The translations under genes were made by a program, and so were the position numbers. A DNA stretch of 64,000 nucleotides from Acidiferrobacterales bacterium (GTDB lineage Bacteria > Pseudomonadota > Gammaproteobacteria > Acidiferrobacterales > JAJDNE01). Below the pieces are notes generated by a model that did no database searches, was not told the origin of the DNA, and worked only from the letters and a program-made list of their open reading frames with translations. The stretch covers positions 10,849-74,848 of the forward strand of contig JAJDNE010000009.1 in NCBI GenBank assembly GCA_022340825.1, in the 5' to 3' direction. Every line of letters starts with the position of its first letter. Within the stretch, counting starts at the first letter, position 1. Shown one piece after another: positions 1-10,060 of this stretch.

Positions 1-1717
1 CCTGTGATCGCCGGAAATCTTCCTCTGCCTGTTTCTGTTTAGTGATATCGCGCAAGAAGGCCTGGATCATGCTGACGCCACCCAATCGCAGGCGTGCCGC
101 ATGCACGTCGACTACCACCGGCCTGCCATTTCGGCTGACTGCAAGTTCTGCCTGACACTGAACACTCTCGCCCTCGGAAATAGTCTCCATGCTTTCCAGC
201 AGGTACCCCGGCTTGCAATTGGCAACGAACTCCCTGACCAGTGTGCCAATGAGCTGCTCGCGCGACTTGCCCAGTAGACGCTCGGCAGCATGATTGATCT
301 CGGTCAACCTGCCGGCCGCGTCGATCAGCAGAATCGGGTCTGGCGCCAGTTCATTGAGTTCACGATAGCGCCGTTCGGCGCGCTGTTGTTCCTGGTTAAG
401 AATCAACGTGTTGGTAACCAGCGCCGCTTCTTGCGCCAGTGCCTCAATCAACCTTGTATCGCGGGTCGTATAGTGCCGTTCTTCCAGGCTGGTGCTTGCG
501 ACCAATACGCCGATCATGGCGTCACCATAACGCAGCGGTGTGGCGATCGACGACACGATCTTCTGTTCTTTCACGACTTCCTGATTTACCCGGTTATCGC
601 CAACAACATTGTCAATGGCAATCGTCTGCCCACCCTTGAAGGCAAGTACAGCCAGGGAAGAATCGCTGGTCAGTGACAGGCGATAGTAGCCATCTTCTTT
701 ATAAGTGGCGCCGGAATAAGCCACATTTACCAACTCATTACTGACGGGATCGTAAATCAGCAGAAATGATTTATCGGCACCGAGCGCGACATCGGAAATA
801 TCAAGTATGGTAATAAAGGCTTCCTCCAGCATGTTGCTGGCACTGCCGGCGGCCAGGATCTGGTTGCGGATTTCCAGTATTTCGCTTTGCAAGCGTAGTT
901 GCTCGGCCAGTCCCTGTATGTTCGAGGTAATGACGCCAAGCTCATCGGTTGATTGCGCCTGCAACTCTGACATGGCGAAACCACTGACACCGCCACGCGA
1001 GTCGACGAATTCACTTAGCGGCTTGATGGACTGACCAAAGCTTCGCGCGAATATCAGACTACCGCCTATCGCAATAAGTTCGAGCACCAGCCAGACCACG
1101 AACAGCTCAACATCAAATTGACCGGTTCGCGTCCAGAAATATTGCACCAGCGTGGTATCGATGAGCAGCGGGACTAGCGCACCGATCATAAATACCTTCA
1201 TACGAATAGTCAGGCTGGGTTGCTTGATTGGAATGCCGTTCAGTGAGCGACCAAACAGGTCATAAAATCTGAAGAAGATCGGAAGACCAACAACAATTGA
1301 GACAATTAACGCGGTCAGATGAACACGGAACCAGTCCACCGGTTGTGCCACATAGCCGGTGTAATACTGAACACTCAGGATGACTGACGCGGGCGCCAAC
1401 AACAGGTAACCAAGAAACAGTCCCCAGAACAATAGCGAGAAACGCCGCACACGATCGAGCACCTGTTCAGGCGATACTGCCCGCCTGTCTTCAAGATATT
1501 GCGCGAGCGGTTCAACCCAGCGGCCAAGTAGCCAGAAGGCGAGAGACAGATTTGCAATGACAAAGATTGGCTGCAGTGGCGTAACCACGATGGTCACGAT
1601 CTGGTCGGGCGTGAAGATACCGAGAAACAGCAAAAATGCCATGCCGAAAACTGGCGGCACAATCCACGCAAGCAGGACGAGCTGCCGGAACGTGCGCCGA
1701 AACGCAATCGAAGTCAT
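1..1717 (-). CDS. Membrane sensor protein, N-terminal part (TM segments, HAMP-like linker, GAF, PAS); 3' end runs off the left window edge
   Basis: Absent from the ORF track because the window edge truncates it. Manual minus-strand translation from ATG at 1717 is open to base 1: MTSIAFRRTFRQLVLLAWIVPPVFGMAFLLF..., several hydrophobic segments, a GAF-like block (..DKSFLLIYDPVSNELVNVAYSG..IATPLRYGDAMIGVLVAS..) and a PAS block ending ..FLRDITKQKQAEEDFRRSQ. Confidence 0.75.
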   Translation of the reverse strand, partial: MTSIAFRRTFRQLVLLAWIVPPVFGMAFLLFLGIFTPDQIVTIVVTPLQPIFVIANLSLAFWLLGRWVEPLAQYLEDRRAVSPEQVLDRVRRFSLLFWGLFLGYLLLAPASVILSVQYYTGYVAQPVDWFRVHLTALIVSIVVGLPIFFRFYDLFGRSLNGIPIKQPSLTIRMKVFMIGALVPLLIDTTLVQYFWTRTGQFDVELFVVWLVLELIAIGGSLIFARSFGQSIKPLSEFVDSRGGVSGFAMSELQAQSTDELGVITSNIQGLAEQLRLQSEILEIRNQILAAGSASNMLEEAFITILDISDVALGADKSFLLIYDPVSNELVNVAYSGATYKEDGYYRLSLTSDSSLAVLAFKGGQTIAIDNVVGDNRVNQEVVKEQKIVSSIATPLRYGDAMIGVLVASTSLEERHYTTRDTRLIEALAQEAALVTNTLILNQEQQRAERRYRELNELAPDPILLIDAAGRLTEINHAAERLLGKSREQLIGTLVREFVANCKPGYLLESMETISEGESVQCQAELAVSRNGRPVVVDVHAARLRLGGVSMIQAFLRDITKQKQAEEDFRRSQ

Positions 1718-1846
1718 ATTGGATGGTGGCAAGAAGCAGTCCCTGACAGTCGGGCGCGGACAAGTCACCTGGGGACGACCGCAGCCCTAATTGATCAATC
1801 TTTTAATTAAGTATAGACAAGCAGGGAAGCAGGAATCAGGCCATTA

Positions 1847-3061
1847 TCAGGGGCGTTTCAGGCGGGCAGCAATGCGCAGGCGCAGGGCATTTAGCTTGAT
1901 GAAACCACCTGCATCGGCCTGATCATAGGCGCCAGCATCCTCTTCGAATGTGGCGATATTGGCATCGAAAAGACTATCACTGTCCGACTTTCTGCCAGCG
2001 ACGCAGACATTTCCCTTATACAGCTTGACCTTGACCGTACCATTCACATTCTCCTGCGAGGCATCGATCATTTGCTGCATCATCTTGCGCTCGGGACTCC
2101 ACCAGTAGCCGTTATAGATCAGGCTGGCGTAACGCGGCATCAGCTCATCTTTTAAATGAGCAACTTCCCGGTCCAACGTCAGTGATTCCATCGCCCGATG
2201 CGCCTTCAACATAATGGTGCCAGCAGGCGTTTCGTAACAACCACGGGATTTCATGCCGACGTAGCGGTTCTCGACAATATCGTCGCGACCAATACCATTG
2301 GCGGACCCGAGTTTGTTCAGTGTCTCCATGACTACGGCCGGCGTCAGGTCGTCACCGTCAATGGCAACGATATCGCCCTTGCGGTAGGTGAGATCGACGT
2401 AGGTCGGTTCATCGGGTGCCTGCTCCGGGGAAACTGACCAGCGCCACATGCCCTCTTCCGGCTCTGCCCACGGATCCTCAAGGATGCCACCTTCATAGGA
2501 GATATGAAGCAGGTTGGCATCCATGGAGTACGGTGACTTTTCACCCGGCTTCTTGTCTACCGCAATGCCATGCCTGTCGGCATAAGCCAGTAATTTTTCA
2601 CGCGAGGTCAGGTCCCACTCACGCCAGGGTGCGATCACCTTGATATCAGGCGCCAGGGCATAGGCACCCAGCTCGAATCGTACCTGGTCGTTACCTTTGC
2701 CAGTTGCTCCGTGCGAGATCGCATCGCCGCCAGTATCCGCGGCTATCTCAACCAGACGTTTCGCGATCAATGGCCGCGCAATGGAGGTGCCCAGCAGGTA
2801 CTCGCCTTCGTAAATCGTGTTGGCGCGGAACATGGGGAACACATAGTCCCGCGCGAACTCCTCGCGCAGGTCCTCGATATAGATTTCCTTGATACCCATG
2901 GCCTCAGCCTTGGCCCGTGCCGGTTCCACTTCTTCACCCTGACCAATGTCGGCGGTAAAGGTCACCACTTCACACTGGTAGGTCTCCTGAAGCCACTTGA
3001 GAATGACCGAGGTGTCCAGGCCGCCTGAATAGGCAAGCACTACTTTTTTAACTTGCGACAT
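1847..3061 (-). CDS. argG: Argininosuccinate synthase
   Basis: N-terminus [24 protein letters not shown] (SGGLDTS ATP-PPase motif) and full-length ArgG-like sequence. ATG at 3061 preferred over the TTG at 3073 used by the ORF track. Confidence 0.93.
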   Translation of the reverse strand: MSQVKKVVLAYSGGLDTSVILKWLQETYQCEVVTFTADIGQGEEVEPARAKAEAMGIKEIYIEDLREEFARDYVFPMFRANTIYEGEYLLGTSIARPLIAKRLVEIAADTGGDAISHGATGKGNDQVRFELGAYALAPDIKVIAPWREWDLTSREKLLAYADRHGIAVDKKPGEKSPYSMDANLLHISYEGGILEDPWAEPEEGMWRWSVSPEQAPDEPTYVDLTYRKGDIVAIDGDDLTPAVVMETLNKLGSANGIGRDDIVENRYVGMKSRGCYETPAGTIMLKAHRAMESLTLDREVAHLKDELMPRYASLIYNGYWWSPERKMMQQMIDASQENVNGTVKVKLYKGNVCVAGRKSDSDSLFDANIATFEEDAGAYDQADAGGFIKLNALRLRIAARLKRP

Positions 3062-3219
3062 GATACTGCGCAAACTCCATGATCAGGTTGAACGAATACG
3101 GTATACCGATTCAGGAAAAAACTGTAGGGAATCCCACTGCCACCGCAACAGCACCGCAAAGTATACACAAGCCATCAAGGTCGGGGCGAGACTGGCGGAC
3201 TATTACCCGCCGAGTCCTG

Positions 3220-6200
3220 TTACTTCTTGCGCGCCTCGCTGCGACGCAAGCGAGATAGCAACCGACGTGCCATGTCACCAAAGAGCTCGGTCTGGGTCGG
3301 GTGCGGATGAATTGCCATCGCTGCCTGATCCAGGGTCATCTCACCGGAGACCATCATGACTGCTTCACCGATTAGTGTATCGGCATGCTCGGTCAGGAAG
3401 TGAACACCGATAATCCGGTGGCTGGATTTGTCTGCCACGATCTTGATCATGCCGTCGGTTTCACCGGTAATCATGGCCTTGGCATCGATGCTCATCGGGG
3501 CCTTCACTTCGACAGGATCCAGGCCCTTGGCCTTGGCCTGGTCAACGGACAGACCGACAAATGCGGCCTGTGGCCGGGTAAAGATCACACCGCAGTCTTT
3601 GCTCTCATCATAAAACGCGGCTTCGCCAGTGAGGGTCATCGCCGCAACCCGGCCTTGTTGGCCGGCGGTATGCGCAAGCATCAAGCCACCGATGACATCA
3701 CCGACGGCAAAGATGTGTGGCACGCTGCTACGACAGGTAGCATCCACCTTGATCGCGCCGTTTTCGACTGCAACGCCAGCCTTGTCGAGATCCAGCGGCT
3801 CCAATACCGGTCGCTTGCCGGTGGCCATGACGACATAGTCACATTTGAAATTGCGGTTCTTGCCTTCGCCATCTTCAAACGCCAACGTCATCTCGCCGGG
3901 CTTGCCTGAAATCTTTTTCGCCTTGGCGTTGGTCACCAGCGTCAGGTTCTTTTCCTGTTCGAGCAGGCCGGCCAGGTTCTTCGCGATTTCGGGCTCGACC
4001 TCTTTCAGCGGTCGATCGGCTGCCTCCAGCACGGTGACCTTTGCACCGAAGTCAGCAAAGATCTGGGCCATCTCGAGACCAATGGCACCGGCACCAATGA
4101 TGCCGAGGCGCGCCGGCGCATCTTTCAGACCCCAGACGGTATCCGAGGTGAGCACACCCTTGTTGTCCGCTCCCTCAACCGGCGGCACAAACGGTGGTGC
4201 CCCGGTCGCAACAACGGCAGCACCGAAGCTAATGGTTTTGGTCTTCTTGCCGTCACCCGGTGTGGCGCGGACGTGGGGGTCCTTGGTGTTCCCGCCAGTA
4301 TCCACCGTGATGCTGTGATCGGAGGCAAACCGGGCAAATCCCTGAATCACGTCAATCTTGACACCCTTATCGGTCTTGAGCGCCATTTCACCGCGCGCCT
4401 CCAGTACACCACGACGGGTTTCTTCCAGCTTCTTCCAGTTGAGTTCTGGCTTGGCGGTGTTTTTTACACCGAGACGTGCGTCATGAGCACGATCGCGCAT
4501 GCGGTCGGCACCGGCACGCCACGCCTTAGACGGGATACAGCCACGCCATAGACATTCGCCGCCCGGGAATGGCGCATCATTGATCATCGCTACCTTGAGT
4601 CCATGCTGCACCAGGTCGCGCGCGCAGTCTTCGCCACCGGGACCGCCGCCAATGACAACGACATCATAATCCCAGTCACCGGCAGGAATCGCGGACTCGC
4701 CCCTGGCAGCAGGTGCCGGCACTGACGCCGCGCCACTTATCCAGCCGGGGTTTTCTACCAGCTCTTTGAAGGTATTAAGGAACTTGGCGGCATCGGCACC
4801 ATTCACGATGCGATGATCCGCGGTAATCGTGACCGGCATTCCTTGTGGGCCGGCGGTTGCAATCGCAAAAATCGCGGACGTGCCCGGAGACGGTATCGCG
4901 TCAAACAGTGCCACACCCATCATACCCATATTGGAAATCGTAAACGTTGGGTTGGAATATTCCTCCGGTTTCAGGCGACGCTTGCGCGCGCGGTCAACCA
5001 GATCGGTCCAGTTTGCTGTCAGCTCGGCTAAAGAGCGGTGAGCGGCGTTACGCAATACCGGTACCACCAGGCCCATGCCTTCGGTCTCCACGGCCAAACC
5101 GATATCAATCTGCTCTCGCTCAACGATCCGATCTTCGTGCTGATACACGGCATTAATGGAAGGATGTTTCATGATTGCCAGTGCGGCCGCCTTGGCAATG
5201 GCCACGGTCAACGAGGCACCGGCCTGCTTAGATGCCACCTTCAATGCATCGGGCTGGATATTCGCGGTTACCCGGAACAGCGGCATGGAGAGTGAGTACT
5301 CCATGTTGTGGGCAACGGCCTTTTCCATCGCGGTCATCGCGCGGCCTTCGCCCGGCACCTGGAATACACGCTTGATGGAGGTCTTCTGGGTTTCCTTGTT
5401 GAGCACGTCGGCGGCGATGATGACACCACGCGGCCCGGTGCCGCTGATACTGCTCAGGTCAATACCGTGTGCACCGGCGAGCTGGCGTGCATACGGTGTC
5501 GCCTGGCCGCTGGCTGGGCGTGGCGCTGGCGTAGCGCCATGCGGCATGGCAGGAATCTTGGTTTTGGCCTTGGGCGTGCCCGCTGGCTCGAATTTCGGTT
5601 TTTCCTCTTTCGGCCCGGATGCAATCACAGAGCGTTCGCTTTTAAGCACCTTGGATTTGTCGTCGACCAGGTAAGCGATGGCCTCACCGACAGGGACAAC
5701 ACTGTCGACTGCCGCCAACGGGCCCGAGAGATACCCCTCGCGAAACACCTCGACATCCATCACGGCCTTGTCGGTCTCCACGGTCGCGACCACGGTGCCG
5801 CGGGCAATGTGATCACCGATTTCCTTTTCCCAAGTCACCATTGTGCCCTCGGTCATGGTATCGGAGAGTTGTGGCATCTTGACCGGATGGGCTTTGGCAG
5901 GTGTTTCGTCTGCTGGCTGGGCAGGTTCTGCACCAGCTTTTTCGTCAGCTCCCGCACTGGCCGCCACCGGGGCGCTATCCGCCGCGACAACCTCTTTCTC
6001 GCTGGCTACCAGCATGGCGATGGCATCACCAACCGGGATAACGCTGTCGACTGCCGCCAACGGGCCGGAAAGATAACCCTCGCGAAACACCTCGACATCC
6101 ATAATTGCCTTGTCGGTCTCCACGGTCGCGACCACGGTACCGCGTTCAATGAAATCACCGATATTCTTTTCCCAGGAAACGATCGTGCCCTCGGACATGG

Positions 6201-6243
6201 TGTCCGAGAGTTGGGGCATCTTGATTATGTATGGATCACTCAT
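3220..6243 (-). CDS. Fused dihydrolipoamide acyltransferase (E2) - dihydrolipoamide dehydrogenase (E3), 1007 aa
   Basis: Single uninterrupted ORF. It holds two lipoyl domains (VETDKA[IV]MDVE twice), a subunit-binding domain (ATPYARQLAGAHGIDLSSISGTGPRG) and an acyltransferase catalytic domain (TITADHRIVNGADAAKFL). After a short Ala/Pro linker comes an FAD/NAD disulfide reductase (DYDVVVIGGGPGG, GGECLWRGCIPSK, HPHPTQTE). The junction lies near nt 4675. Confidence 0.85.
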   Translation of the reverse strand: MSDPYIIKMPQLSDTMSEGTIVSWEKNIGDFIERGTVVATVETDKAIMDVEVFREGYLSGPLAAVDSVIPVGDAIAMLVASEKEVVAADSAPVAASAGADEKAGAEPAQPADETPAKAHPVKMPQLSDTMTEGTMVTWEKEIGDHIARGTVVATVETDKAVMDVEVFREGYLSGPLAAVDSVVPVGEAIAYLVDDKSKVLKSERSVIASGPKEEKPKFEPAGTPKAKTKIPAMPHGATPAPRPASGQATPYARQLAGAHGIDLSSISGTGPRGVIIAADVLNKETQKTSIKRVFQVPGEGRAMTAMEKAVAHNMEYSLSMPLFRVTANIQPDALKVASKQAGASLTVAIAKAAALAIMKHPSINAVYQHEDRIVEREQIDIGLAVETEGMGLVVPVLRNAAHRSLAELTANWTDLVDRARKRRLKPEEYSNPTFTISNMGMMGVALFDAIPSPGTSAIFAIATAGPQGMPVTITADHRIVNGADAAKFLNTFKELVENPGWISGAASVPAPAARGESAIPAGDWDYDVVVIGGGPGGEDCARDLVQHGLKVAMINDAPFPGGECLWRGCIPSKAWRAGADRMRDRAHDARLGVKNTAKPELNWKKLEETRRGVLEARGEMALKTDKGVKIDVIQGFARFASDHSITVDTGGNTKDPHVRATPGDGKKTKTISFGAAVVATGAPPFVPPVEGADNKGVLTSDTVWGLKDAPARLGIIGAGAIGLEMAQIFADFGAKVTVLEAADRPLKEVEPEIAKNLAGLLEQEKNLTLVTNAKAKKISGKPGEMTLAFEDGEGKNRNFKCDYVVMATGKRPVLEPLDLDKAGVAVENGAIKVDATCRSSVPHIFAVGDVIGGLMLAHTAGQQGRVAAMTLTGEAAFYDESKDCGVIFTRPQAAFVGLSVDQAKAKGLDPVEVKAPMSIDAKAMITGETDGMIKIVADKSSHRIIGVHFLTEHADTLIGEAVMMVSGEMTLDQAAMAIHPHPTQTELFGDMARRLLSRLRRSEARKK

Positions 6244-6322
6244 AGTGGCACAGCTATTGTGCAGGGCACGGGCCCTGCATACTTTAAATTAACAGGAATA
6301 GACCGGACGCTCCCTCTGGGAA

Positions 6323-7303
6323 CTAGATCTTGCCCAACGCTTTCAACGCGCCCTGGTAAACGTCCTCGACATCGGGGATCGCTTCCTTTTCCAGACGGGC
6401 GTTATACGGCACCGGCACATCGGCAGCGTGCACACGAATCGGCTGGGCATCCAGAGCGAAGAAACAGTCTTCGTTGATGGCAGCCATGATCTCGGCACCC
6501 ACGCCAACCGGCGCTTCATCTTCCTCGGCGATGACCACACGATGCGTCTTTTCTACTGAACGACGAATGGTTTCACGGTCGAGCGGCTTGAGTGAGCGTA
6601 AGTCCAGGACTTCGGCGCTAATGCCATCTTTGGCCAGCTTGTCGGCGGCACCCAGACACAGGTGCACATTGTAGTTGTAACCGATGAGGGTGATATCAGT
6701 ACCGCGACGAACAATCTCGGCACCTTCCAGCGGTCGAAAGAATTCCTCTTCCGGCATTTCCTCTTTCATGTTGTACATGCGCTCATGTTCGATAATCACC
6801 ACCGGGTCATTACAACGAACCGCGGACTTGAGCATACCGTAGGCATCCACCGGGCCACGCGGAGTAACCACACGCAGGCCGGCTGTACTCATAAACATAC
6901 GTGCCAGACGCGCCGAGTGCTGTGCCGCCAACTGGTGCGCGGTACCGCCTGGCGTGCGGATCACAAGCGGACAGGCAATTCGACCACCTGACATGTAACG
7001 AATCTTGGCGGCGGCATTAACAATAGTATCCAGTGCGAGCAATGCGAAGTTGATCGACATGATCTCGATGATAGGACGCATACCGACCATGGAGGCGCCA
7101 ATACCGATACCGGTATAAGAGTTTTCCGAGATCGGGGTATCAATGATGCGCTCCGGACCATACTTGTCGAACAGGCCTGAAGTGGCCTTGTAGGTTCCAC
7201 CAGCGACGCCTATGTCCTCGCCCATGGCGATTACCATCTTGTCGTTGGCCATTTCTTCGTCGTGGGCGCGCCGAATGGCTTCCCAATATGCAGTCTCGGC
7301 CAC
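6323..7303 (-). CDS. pdhB: Pyruvate/2-oxoacid dehydrogenase E1 component beta subunit
   Basis: 326 aa, MAETAYWEAIRRAHDEEM..., transketolase-like pyrimidine-binding and C-terminal domains typical of heterotetrameric E1 beta. Lies 2 nt after the E1 alpha stop. Confidence 0.88.
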   Translation of the reverse strand: MAETAYWEAIRRAHDEEMANDKMVIAMGEDIGVAGGTYKATSGLFDKYGPERIIDTPISENSYTGIGIGASMVGMRPIIEIMSINFALLALDTIVNAAAKIRYMSGGRIACPLVIRTPGGTAHQLAAQHSARLARMFMSTAGLRVVTPRGPVDAYGMLKSAVRCNDPVVIIEHERMYNMKEEMPEEEFFRPLEGAEIVRRGTDITLIGYNYNVHLCLGAADKLAKDGISAEVLDLRSLKPLDRETIRRSVEKTHRVVIAEEDEAPVGVGAEIMAAINEDCFFALDAQPIRVHAADVPVPYNARLEKEAIPDVEDVYQGALKALGKI

Positions 7304-7305
7304 GC

Positions 7306-8313
7306 TTATTCTCCTTCGTTTACCAACGGCCCGATCCAGCGCGGATCCGGGTTGTCATCAAGCACGTAACGGGTAAGGTCCTCGATCTTCGGCTCAGGGC
7401 TTTCCTCGGCAAACTTGATAATGTCATTCTCGACTTCATCGTCGATTTCCTTTTCCATCGCCTTGATATCGGCATCACTGATGACGCCGGCTTTCTTCAG
7501 GCGACGACTGTAAACCTTGATCGGATCGCGCTTCTCCCACTCGGCCTCTTCTTCCTTGGTGCGGTAGCTCTTGGCGTCGGACATGGAGTGGCCGCGGAAG
7601 CGGTAGGTCATGAATTCGATGAAGTATGGTTTCGATTCGCCGCGCACGTAATCAATCGCCTTACTGGCGGCTTCCATGACAACATCGATATCCATGCCAT
7701 CGTGCTGGCTGGCTTCCATGTTGTAACCACAAACACGCTTGTACTGGTCGCGCACGGCAGTTGAACGATCAATGTGGGTACCGATGGCATATTCGTTATT
7801 CTCGCAAACAAACAGCACCGGCAGATTCCACACTGAAGCCATGTTCATGGTCTCGTGGAACGTGCCCTGGTTATTAGCGCCGTCGCCAAGAAAACAGATG
7901 GCGATCTGGCCTTCGCCGCGGTGCTTGGCGCCGAGCGCAAGACCCGCCGCTAACGGGAACGGTTGACCCACCAGGGCATAGCCACCCATAAAATTCACGG
8001 TCGGATCAAAAATATGCATGGAACCGCCACGGCCCTTGCTGGAGCCGGTCTCCTTACCATATAACTCTGCCATCACTTCTCTGGCAGGCGCGCCAGATTT
8101 GAGGGCATGCACGTGATCACGGTAACCGGTAATCACATAGTCGTGACCAGGCTTGGCTCTCTCCAGCACACCGGTAGCCACCGCCTCCTGCCCCGAATAC
8201 AGGTGCAGGAATCCGCCGACCTTCCGCTCCATATAGGCCTCGAAGCAGCGATCTTCGAAGCGGCGATAAAAAATCATTTCACGCAGTAGGCGTTTCTGGT
8301 CCTCTGGCTTCAT
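7306..8313 (-). CDS. pdhA: Pyruvate/2-oxoacid dehydrogenase E1 component alpha subunit (TPP-binding)
   Basis: 335 aa, ..GFLHLYSGQEAV..GYRDH..GKGGSMH-like (SKGRGGSMH), GDGANNQG TPP motif. Confidence 0.88.
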   Translation of the reverse strand: MKPEDQKRLLREMIFYRRFEDRCFEAYMERKVGGFLHLYSGQEAVATGVLERAKPGHDYVITGYRDHVHALKSGAPAREVMAELYGKETGSSKGRGGSMHIFDPTVNFMGGYALVGQPFPLAAGLALGAKHRGEGQIAICFLGDGANNQGTFHETMNMASVWNLPVLFVCENNEYAIGTHIDRSTAVRDQYKRVCGYNMEASQHDGMDIDVVMEAASKAIDYVRGESKPYFIEFMTYRFRGHSMSDAKSYRTKEEEAEWEKRDPIKVYSRRLKKAGVISDADIKAMEKEIDDEVENDIIKFAEESPEPKIEDLTRYVLDDNPDPRWIGPLVNEGE

Positions 8314-8760
8314 GGAACTCCCTTAGAATTGGTGGGATAGCGAGTCGTCACCACGCTTATGTATTCGTTGTTGACGGACAGGCGCTACTTAGCCTGCCGT
8401 TGCGAGGGCGGTATGATCGTTTTTTTGCCTATACAGGTCAAGAAGACAAAATTTTTCCCGATCGATGTCCAACGGGCAAAATGCCATCACCAACTGATGT
8501 TGCACGTTACCGACAAATAATGCGAGTTGTCAGCATGTTGTCATATTTTAATGCTAAATAGGCGCAACTGTTTGATTGGCTGGAAGGACTGACGATCGCG
8601 GTGCCGCAACCGATAACCCTGCCGTTCTGGCAGAGACACGGGTGCAGAAAATGCCTGATTTCCTGTAGCATGAACCGCTCCCGACAAAGTCGGTATTTAA
8701 TGATACAAGCCTGACTGGAAAATGGCAGGCGAAAAATCACTTTCGGAGGAAGCATTAACC

Positions 8761-9177
8761 ATGGGTCTTGATATTGCACAGCGCTGGCTTGAAGACTTGC
8801 AGCAATCGGCCAACGACAAAGACTACCAGGCACACATGGACCTCATTTCACGACAAGTTAGCGTTTTCGGCTTTCCCGGTTTCGAGGTCATCGGGTACGA
8901 CGACTGGGCGCGTCAATGCAAGCATGAATTCGAAAACAATATTCTGAAACAGGTGTCCTACGGACCCATGAAAATCGTCGCGCACGCGCCCGGTCGCGTG
9001 ATGTTCAAAACCATTGAAACGGTGGAGGCCACTGACGGCACCAGCAATACCAATGGTGTCGAAATCATTATCCAGAAAGAAGACGACGGGAAGTGGCGTG
9101 TACTTCAGGAGCGCCTGCTGGCGGAAGACGAGCTCAGCCTCGATGGGCTGTCACTCGACGCCGAATCTGTTGCTTGA
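8761..9177 (+). CDS. Hypothetical protein (possibly NTF2/SnoaL-like fold)
   Basis: ORF 8722..9177. ATG at 8761 is preceded by GGAGGA (8745-8750) at good spacing. No diagnostic motif recognised. Confidence 0.5.
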   Translation: MGLDIAQRWLEDLQQSANDKDYQAHMDLISRQVSVFGFPGFEVIGYDDWARQCKHEFENNILKQVSYGPMKIVAHAPGRVMFKTIETVEATDGTSNTNGVEIIIQKEDDGKWRVLQERLLAEDELSLDGLSLDAESVA

Positions 9178-9268
9178 AATCGAGTAGGCTCTGGCTTAGA
9201 TTAGCGCCCGACAGTTTTAGTCAACTATTTTTGTCATACCAACCCAAAAAATTCAAAGAGGCAAGACT

Positions 9269-9373
9269 ATGAAGAATCCACTGGATTCCATCACCGGAAC
9301 CATCATTTCAGGACTCGTTCTGACCGTTATCCTTTACCTGATTGCTTCCAAGTTTCTGGTTGTCGCCGGTTAA
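9269..9373 (+). CDS. Putative 34-aa single-TM membrane peptide
   Basis: Manual read: ATG 9269, MKNPLDSITGTIISGLVLTVILYLIASKFLVVAG, TAA 9371-9373. AGAGG-like SD lies upstream. Sits 41 nt before the next membrane-protein gene. Below the ORF-track size cutoff. Confidence 0.35.
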   Translation: MKNPLDSITGTIISGLVLTVILYLIASKFLVVAG

Positions 9374-9414
9374 ACAATCAATTTAAAACGAATTCACTAT
9401 AAAGGGTATTAGCT

Positions 9415-9909
9415 ATGGATCTCATCCTTGACCGTTGGTTACACGTTATGGCCGGTATTACCTGGATCGGCTTACTCTACTACTTCAATTTCATTCAAGT
9501 GCCTTCTGTCGGCAAAGCCAAGGCTGACGGCATCGCCGCCGACATCGTACCGAAACTGATCGCTCCCAAGGCGCTGCTGTGGTTCCGTTATGCTGCGCTC
9601 GTCACCTGGCTGAGCGGTGCCTATTATCTGTTCAGTGCTGCTCACCTGAGCTTCGCGGACGCATTCATGCTCAAGGGCGCCAGCGCCATCATCGGTATCG
9701 GCGCATGGCTGGGCACCATTATGCTCTTCAATGTCTGGGTTCTGATCTGGCCGAACCAGAAGAAAGTACTTGGTATTACCCAGGCTTCCGACGAGCAGAA
9801 GGCAAGCGCTGCGCGTATCGCCTTCCTCGCATCCCGCACCAACACCATGCTGTCGATCCCGATGGCGTTCTTCATGGTAAGCGGTCCGCACGGTCTCCCC
9901 ATGATGTAA
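9415..9909 (+). CDS. Integral membrane protein (PuuD/CopD-like N-terminal motif HxxxGxxWIGxxxYFNF); function unknown
   Basis: 164 aa with about 4 hydrophobic helices; MDLILDRWLHVMAGITWIGLLYYFNFIQ... Confidence 0.6.
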   Translation: MDLILDRWLHVMAGITWIGLLYYFNFIQVPSVGKAKADGIAADIVPKLIAPKALLWFRYAALVTWLSGAYYLFSAAHLSFADAFMLKGASAIIGIGAWLGTIMLFNVWVLIWPNQKKVLGITQASDEQKASAARIAFLASRTNTMLSIPMAFFMVSGPHGLPMM

Positions 9910-9941
9910 CTCGCTGATCTGGAACATGAGATTTTGCGTGG

Positions 9942-9973
9942 ACAGGCCCGGTTTTTACCGGGCCTGTTTCGTT
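9942..9973 (+). terminator. Rho-independent terminator after the 9415-9909 gene
   Basis: 10-bp perfect stem acaggcccgg (9942-9951) / ccgggcctgt (9958-9967), loop ttttta, then ttcgttt. Confidence 0.7.
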
Positions 9974-10028
9974 TAAAGGGGTTGGCAGGCCCGTTTTTAG
10001 GGTCTAGAATTTCGTTTTAATTGAAGGT

Positions 10029-10060
10029 AGCGCCCTGCTTGCAGGGCGCTTTCTGTTTTT
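10029..10060 (+). terminator. Terminator-like hairpin + T-tract directly abutting the argD start codon
   Basis: 9-bp stem agcgccctg (10029-10037) / cagggcgct (10042-10050), loop cttg, then ttctgttttt ending at 10060. The argD ATG is at 10061. Confidence 0.55.

Noticed and set aside
5308-6477. 389-aa plus-strand ORF antisense to the E2-E3 and E1beta genes. The same applies to other long antisense ORFs: 10717-11565, 14290-15165, 22551-23255, 26449-27186, 28217-28909, 31115-31798, 43259-44029, 57053-58069, 58173-58943, 60198-60905, 61029-61742
   Set aside because: These are shadow ORFs typical of GC-rich DNA. Their translations are Arg/Gly/His-rich low-complexity strings with no motifs, and the opposite strand carries clearly recognisable conserved proteins.
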